Below, piece after piece: positions 57,953-64,000 of a DNA stretch of 64,000 bases. Numbering within the stretch: position 1 is the stretch's first letter; the number at the start of each line of letters is the position of its first letter. This stretch comes from Eledone cirrhosa (Eukaryota), in assembly GCA_964016885.1 (NCBI GenBank), contig OZ024749.1, forward strand, positions 30,566,001-30,630,000, written 5' to 3'. Under the pieces are notes generated by a model. The model saw nothing but the letters and a program-made list of their open reading frames with translations. It had not been told where the DNA came from and made no database searches. Both the position numbers and the translations under genes were made by a program.

Positions 57953-58045
57953 TGTGATTTATGCAGATGTTTTTTCACAAGTACGTTGAAAAGACACCGA
58001 AGAATTATTTAAACTCTACGCTAACTTCTACAATTGCAACTAAGT

Positions 58046-58127
58046 ATGCTTTCATGCAATATTATAAAGTTAGTGCTCCTTGCTGTTCTTGTGGAGGTGG
58101 CACTCACTGGTCAAACCTACGGCGAAA
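58046..58127 (+). CDS. Exon 1 (signal peptide) of SVWC-like gene B
   Basis: MLSCNIIKLVLLAVLVEVALTGQTYGE-K; 82 nt; phase-1 donor A|GTAAGA; homologous to gene A exon 1. Confidence 0.85.
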
Positions 58128-60004
58128 GTAAGAAATTCAGTTTTATAATTATATGTTCACAAACACACACACACACACAAACACACACAATTGATACAAT
58201 TTTGAAATAATTTTTTAATCAGTGAAACCTGACAATATCGGTTCCCAATTAAAATTTATTTTTATTTTTCAATTTAAAGAATTTTATTTACTCTAATAAT
58301 AATTGTTTATACTTTTGGCGCGAGATCAGCAAATTATCCCAGTACATTACTGGTACTTTATTTTATGGACCCCGTAAGGATGAAAGGCAAAGTTAACCTC
58401 GGCGGGATTTGAACTCAGATCGTAAAGGGACGTAACTACGCTGGAAAGCATGTCCGACCCTCTACCAGTACTGCCAATTGACCGCCCTTTTTTTACACTA
58501 ATAATAATAATGGTTTCTTATATAGGACAAGGCCACTAATTTTGGGGGAGGGGAAAGTCGATTAAATCGACTCCAGTGCGTGACTGGTACTTTATTTATT
58601 CCACCTCGTAAGGATGAAAGTCAAAGTTAACCTCGGCGGGATTTCAACTCAGAATGGAAAGGGCCGTAACTCTATGCTACAAAGCATGGCATCCGATGCT
58701 CTACCGATACTGCCAGACCAGCACCCTACTAATGATAATAATAATAATAATGACATCTATAATAACGGCAATAATAACAAGAAAAGAAAAGGAAACAAAA
58801 GAAAAAAGGAACAGGGAAATATAGACAAAAAAGAGAAAAAGAAAGAAAAAAAGAACGGAAAGGGGAGGGGAGTGGTTGACAAGACCTCTTGTGTCGCAGA
58901 AGAGAAGGAAAGGATGAAGGGGGAGGGTGATTGGGTGGTTTTAGGTCTAGGGAAAGGGGATAGAAATGCTGAGCCTCACACACAAGAACGCAAAAGCTAT
59001 TACGCGGACAATGGCCAGTGACACCCGTTACAAGAGTCACACAAACTCGTGGGGCTCCCTCCTCAGACGGGCTGCTGATGATCCGATCTTGTGGAAGAGC
59101 TCGGCTGTACGGGGTCTGTTACTAAAAATGGCAGGATTGTGCCAGAAACAGGTTCGTTGATAAACCAACAGCCTCTTTTTAATATATTTAATTTTACATA
59201 TTTTGAGTCTTGTATCTTTGCACAGAAAATAATTCCAGACAATTGTCCCACGACAGGATAAGAGACGCTGGGTTTATTTAATTTTGTTATGTCATATCTA
59301 TTACGTTTGAATATTGACCAAGAATACTTTCTCGGACATTTGTAAACATTGTTTATAAAGTTTTGAGTTGTGATAAACTTTGAACATTAGTCTCAAGTGA
59401 GCAGCCAAATATATTTAATAAATATTTAGTATTTTATTATCACACATTAGAACTCGTCTAGGACATAAATTGATTTAGTTTATTGGATAGAACATAGTTC
59501 AAAATCTGAAGCACCAAATGTGTAATGAAATATTCTGTTATATTCAGTAATTGATGATTTTGTAAATTATTTGAAAATCATAGTGAGGTATTTTCATTAG
59601 AAAATATGTCCGGAACATTGCCTAGACCATAAACTGGTTAACTTACCACCACTGACATGTGGTACCTGAGCGGGAGTAAGGAATGACAAACATTAACAAA
59701 ATATAATTCTCCTGGATATTATGTTCTTGGAATTTGTGTGTGATCCTATTCTCCCGAATGAAACAGTTCTAGTCCTGTAGAAGCCATTTCTATATTAAAT
59801 ATGTATACTCTGCTATGTATTGAGTACCTACCTTACTTACTGTGGTTACCCTCGATTGAACCCGGGATAAAACATTTATATATATATATATGTTTATATA
59901 TATATATATATATACAATATATATATGTATATATATATATATATGTATATGTATATCTATCTATATATATATCTATCTATATATATATATATATATACAA
60001 TATA

Positions 60005-60046
<42 letters not shown>

Positions 60047-60208
60047 TATATGTATATACTGGAATTGAATAATCAAAACCGTAGCGGTATGTCTTATATC
60101 AAATCATATATTTTATCTGAAGAGGACGTACTGAAAAAAACAACACAGTACCTTTGAAATATATATAATAAAGCATATATTTTGATTATGAGAATATTTT
60201 TCATTTGG

Positions 60209-60259
<51 letters not shown>

Positions 60260-60536
60260 GCTCCGTCTTTTCTCCACGCTTTTCTCTCTCTCTCTGTCTT
60301 TTGTAATTGTCCTTAACACTAAGACTTACTAAAATAATATAAACAAACCACTATCCTGATGTCCTCCAAAAGTAATGGTCGCATTTTGAAAGGGTACGTC
60401 AATGCTTATTTGTAAAACTGATATATATATTGTATTTTGTCTGATGAAGGCATACCATAATTTAACTTGGTATCCTTGAAATATGTATAATGAAATAAAT
60501 ATGGTTTTATAAATATAGTTTCCATTTATTAATATC

Positions 60537-60575
<39 letters not shown>

Positions 60576-60806
60576 TCTACTTTAGGCACAAGGCCAGCAA
60601 TTACCCAGTGCATTACTGGTACTTTATTTTATCGACCCCGTAAGGATGAAAGGCAAAGTCAACCTCGGCGGGATTTGAACTCAGATCGTAAAGGGACGTA
60701 ACTATGCTGGAAAGCATGGCGTCCGATATATTGATAGATAGATAGATAGAGAGAGAGAGGAATAGATAGAAACAGAATTATCTAGTTCTTTATGTATTTC
60801 TTATAG

Positions 60807-60930
60807 AGTGCCCGGTTGGAGTTAAATACCATGAAGTTTATTATCTTGACGGCTGCCGTAGATGTGAATGTGTGAAAGGTTTCACTTTTAAAGGAAAAGT
60901 AATACATACGGATGGAGCACACTGTGAATC
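60807..60930 (+). CDS. Exon 2 of SVWC-like gene B
   Basis: Acceptor tatttcttatag and donor GTAAGT; (K)CPVGVKYHEVYYLDGCRRCECVKGFTFKGKVIHTDGAHCE(S); Cys positions match gene A. Confidence 0.88.
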
Positions 60931-61326
60931 GTAAGTAATACACACACTTATGCATATACAAATAAAGGCACGACCAAGGACGCACACACACACACAAACA
61001 CACAATTATATATACATATTGGAAAAGATTCAGGACCCCGTCAGCTTAGTTCCGGCCGTTTCGACATAGATCTGAACTAAACCAGTAGTGTTAGCATGGT
61101 AATAATGAAGCTGAACTTATTAAGGTGTATAGTCCTTATATGGGCATGTGATGAAAGCATAGCAGTAGTGCCATATCAAACAATTCTAAAAATTAAAAAT
61201 TGTTGTTTTTCTTTTCTGTCACGAGGAGTGATCAAAGATTTTGTATACATAGTTATGCATATGCATAATATGCGCGTGTCCGCGCCTCAATGTACGCGCG
61301 GACTATCCGCGCGTACATTGAGGCAC

Positions 61327-61385
<59 letters not shown>

Positions 61386-61424
61386 TAAATACAATATCGG
61401 AGAAAGCTTTTTAGCGATACTCTG

Positions 61425-61471
<47 letters not shown>

Positions 61472-61507
61472 TCAATATAGGAGAAAGCTTTTTAGCGATA
61501 CTCCGGC

Positions 61508-61539
<32 letters not shown>

Positions 61540-61843
61540 TGTGGTAAGAAACCATGTGGACCATAACCCATCGGAGTACTCGATGAGTGGGGCAATAGAG
61601 AATGTAATATGAAAAGATTCAGGACACCGACGGCTGAACAGATCTAGCCTGTCGAAACAGCCGGAGCTCATATATATATATATAGGAACGAGTAGGACCC
61701 CGACGGCTGAGCTCAAGCCGTTTTGGCGGCTAATTATGGACTGAGTCCAGAATTAGCCGTCAATCCTATTACCCACTCTACTACCCTGTATTGAGTACTT
61801 TGGTGCGTTATGGTCCACCTGGTTCCTTACCACATTTCCTTCG

Positions 61844-61892
<49 letters not shown>

Positions 61893-61965
61893 TGGTAATA
61901 ATCAGGGATTGATATATATAGCATTTGGTAATAAACAGGGATTACACCCAATTTATTTATCTCCC

Positions 61966-62056
<91 letters not shown>

Positions 62057-62057
62057 T

Positions 62058-62157
<100 letters not shown>

Positions 62158-62774
62158 GGGAGATAAATAAATTGGGTGTATTCCCTCTTTATTACCAAAT
62201 GCTATATATCAACCCATTAGGCAACGACACAGAGCATAATGGTTTTCAAATTATATATATACACAGTGGCGGTGGGACTGGGTGGGGGGTGGCATACCAC
62301 CTCCAATAATTATATGTTCTCCCCAAACTACCTAAACACACATCTGTTAGGGTATGCGCTACAGTTTATGTACATGCTATGTTTATCGCATATCGATGTG
62401 TCAGGTCACTCTTGAGTGCTACTGGTATCATGTAACGCAGTACAACCTGTCGCATTGTCGGGTCGCTGGCGACTAAACCGGTAATCCCACTATTGTCAGG
62501 TTACAGGTGTATGAAATTCAGAAGAGTCAGATGAAAGTAATATTTCTAAGGCTATTAAAAATAATTGTTATTGATTCAATTAAAATTCTTTAAATTCTTC
62601 AAAAAGATTTGCGTAGGAGACGCTACATTGTCCCTCTTCCAGGTAGAAACAGTAGCGATAAGTTCTCGAAATATTCGTGTCATCTTAAAGAAAAATATAC
62701 CATATACAACTACAATATCTATATGTATGACTAATTTTTTATATCATTCTCCTCTTTCAATTTCTTCATATTAG

Positions 62775-62868
62775 GTGCGGTTTAGTTTCACTGTCCTGTA
62801 AGGAAACGATAAAAGTAAATCCCACCGCAAATTATCCCGCATGCTGTGAGATAAAGTGTAAAGAATAA
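62775..62868 (+). CDS. Exon 3 of SVWC-like gene B
   Basis: Acceptor tttcttcatattag; CGLVSLSCKETIKVNPTANYPACCEIKCKE*; 15/30 residues identical to gene A exon 3; AATAAA at 62953-62958. Confidence 0.88.
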
Positions 62869-63188
62869 CAAGGAAAAAAAGAGACTTCTTTATTTTCAAG
62901 AAAAGAATTACCTCAAGAGATTTTAAAATAATTGTATTCAAATATAAGAATGAATAAATAAAATCGGATATAAGAAATAAGAAAAAGAGTTGTTTTCTCG
63001 AAAGTTTAACATTTACAGATATATTTTAAATGAGGTCACTCTTGAGTGCTACGTGTAACATGTAACCCAGTACAACCTGTCGCATGTTCGAGTCGTTGGC
63101 AACTAAACTGGCAACCCCACCGAGTTTACTTGGTGAGGAGGGTGATTTTAGACACCTTGTAGGAAGAACTCATAAGAGTCAACGGCCA

Positions 63189-63225
<37 letters not shown>

Positions 63226-63427
63226 CCTGCCAAAATCAATGGATGGTAGTAGTTCCAGCTCCACGTATCGAAAGACTGGTGTAGTGGTTCTCAGAATAAT
63301 GCGGCTTTGCAGATGATCAATGAAAGTTGACAATGGAAAGGTGCTCTCGCTTGAGTTAGAAGAGAACTATTCTATTGACCTTCACGAGAAGAAGCCACAC
63401 CTGATTGAATTTAAACTGAGGTCACCT

Positions 63428-63493
<66 letters not shown>

Positions 63494-64000
63494 TTCCTAA
63501 TTTCTCTATCTATCTCTATCTATCTCTTTCTTTTTTCCTCTCTCTATATATATTTCTCTCTGTTTCTTTACATGAAGTTCTTCTCTTTATCTATCTTTCT
63601 ATATCCCTCTATTTAGTCACATACATTTCTTCTTTTTCTTCGTTTCTCTTTCCTTCTCTCTTTATCTCTTTCTTTTTACAACTGTCCACAATATTTTTTA
63701 CTGCCAAATCAACCTCACAAATGCAAGGTGATTGAAAGGTATGTCGTATCTATTTATTTATAAGACTGTTTATATTGTATTTTGTCTGAAGATGGCATAA
63801 CATATTGTTAATATGATATCCCTGAAATATATATAACGAAATAAATATGGTTTTATAAATATAGTTTCCATTTATTTAATATCATAAATATACTCCAAAT
63901 ACTTGTTGAGTGCTTTTATATCAGTTATAAATATTTACTCGTTGTTAACCCAACAATTTAAATATAACTTTCCATGTATATATATATATATATATATATA

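Overview
AT-rich, microsatellite-dense animal genomic DNA, most likely an octopod cephalopod (inferred from OR-type CORE-SINEs). Nearly all ORFs in the supplied track are (TA)n/(CA)n artefacts or transposon remnants. Reading splice sites directly reveals two intact, tandem, three-exon + strand paralogues encoding ~100-aa secreted 10-Cys single von Willebrand type C (SVWC/La1-like) proteins (35868-50656 and 58046-62868), with a decayed Helitron between them. The rest is dominated by Penelope-like retroelements (PLEs) of at least two clades, including a ~5.4 kb head-to-head palindrome, and by many short PLE-derived foldback or partial-tandem elements sitting in (TA)n tracts. These carry more than a dozen hammerhead ribozyme motifs, including core variants. 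One non-coding family (five diverged loci) shares a covarying multi-stem RNA motif with a hammerhead-like CTGA(T/C)GA in a non-canonical topology. Mariner, hAT-MITE, RTE and CRE-type LINE fragments and SINEs are also present. Coordinates of degraded repeats are approximate; all calls were made by eye.
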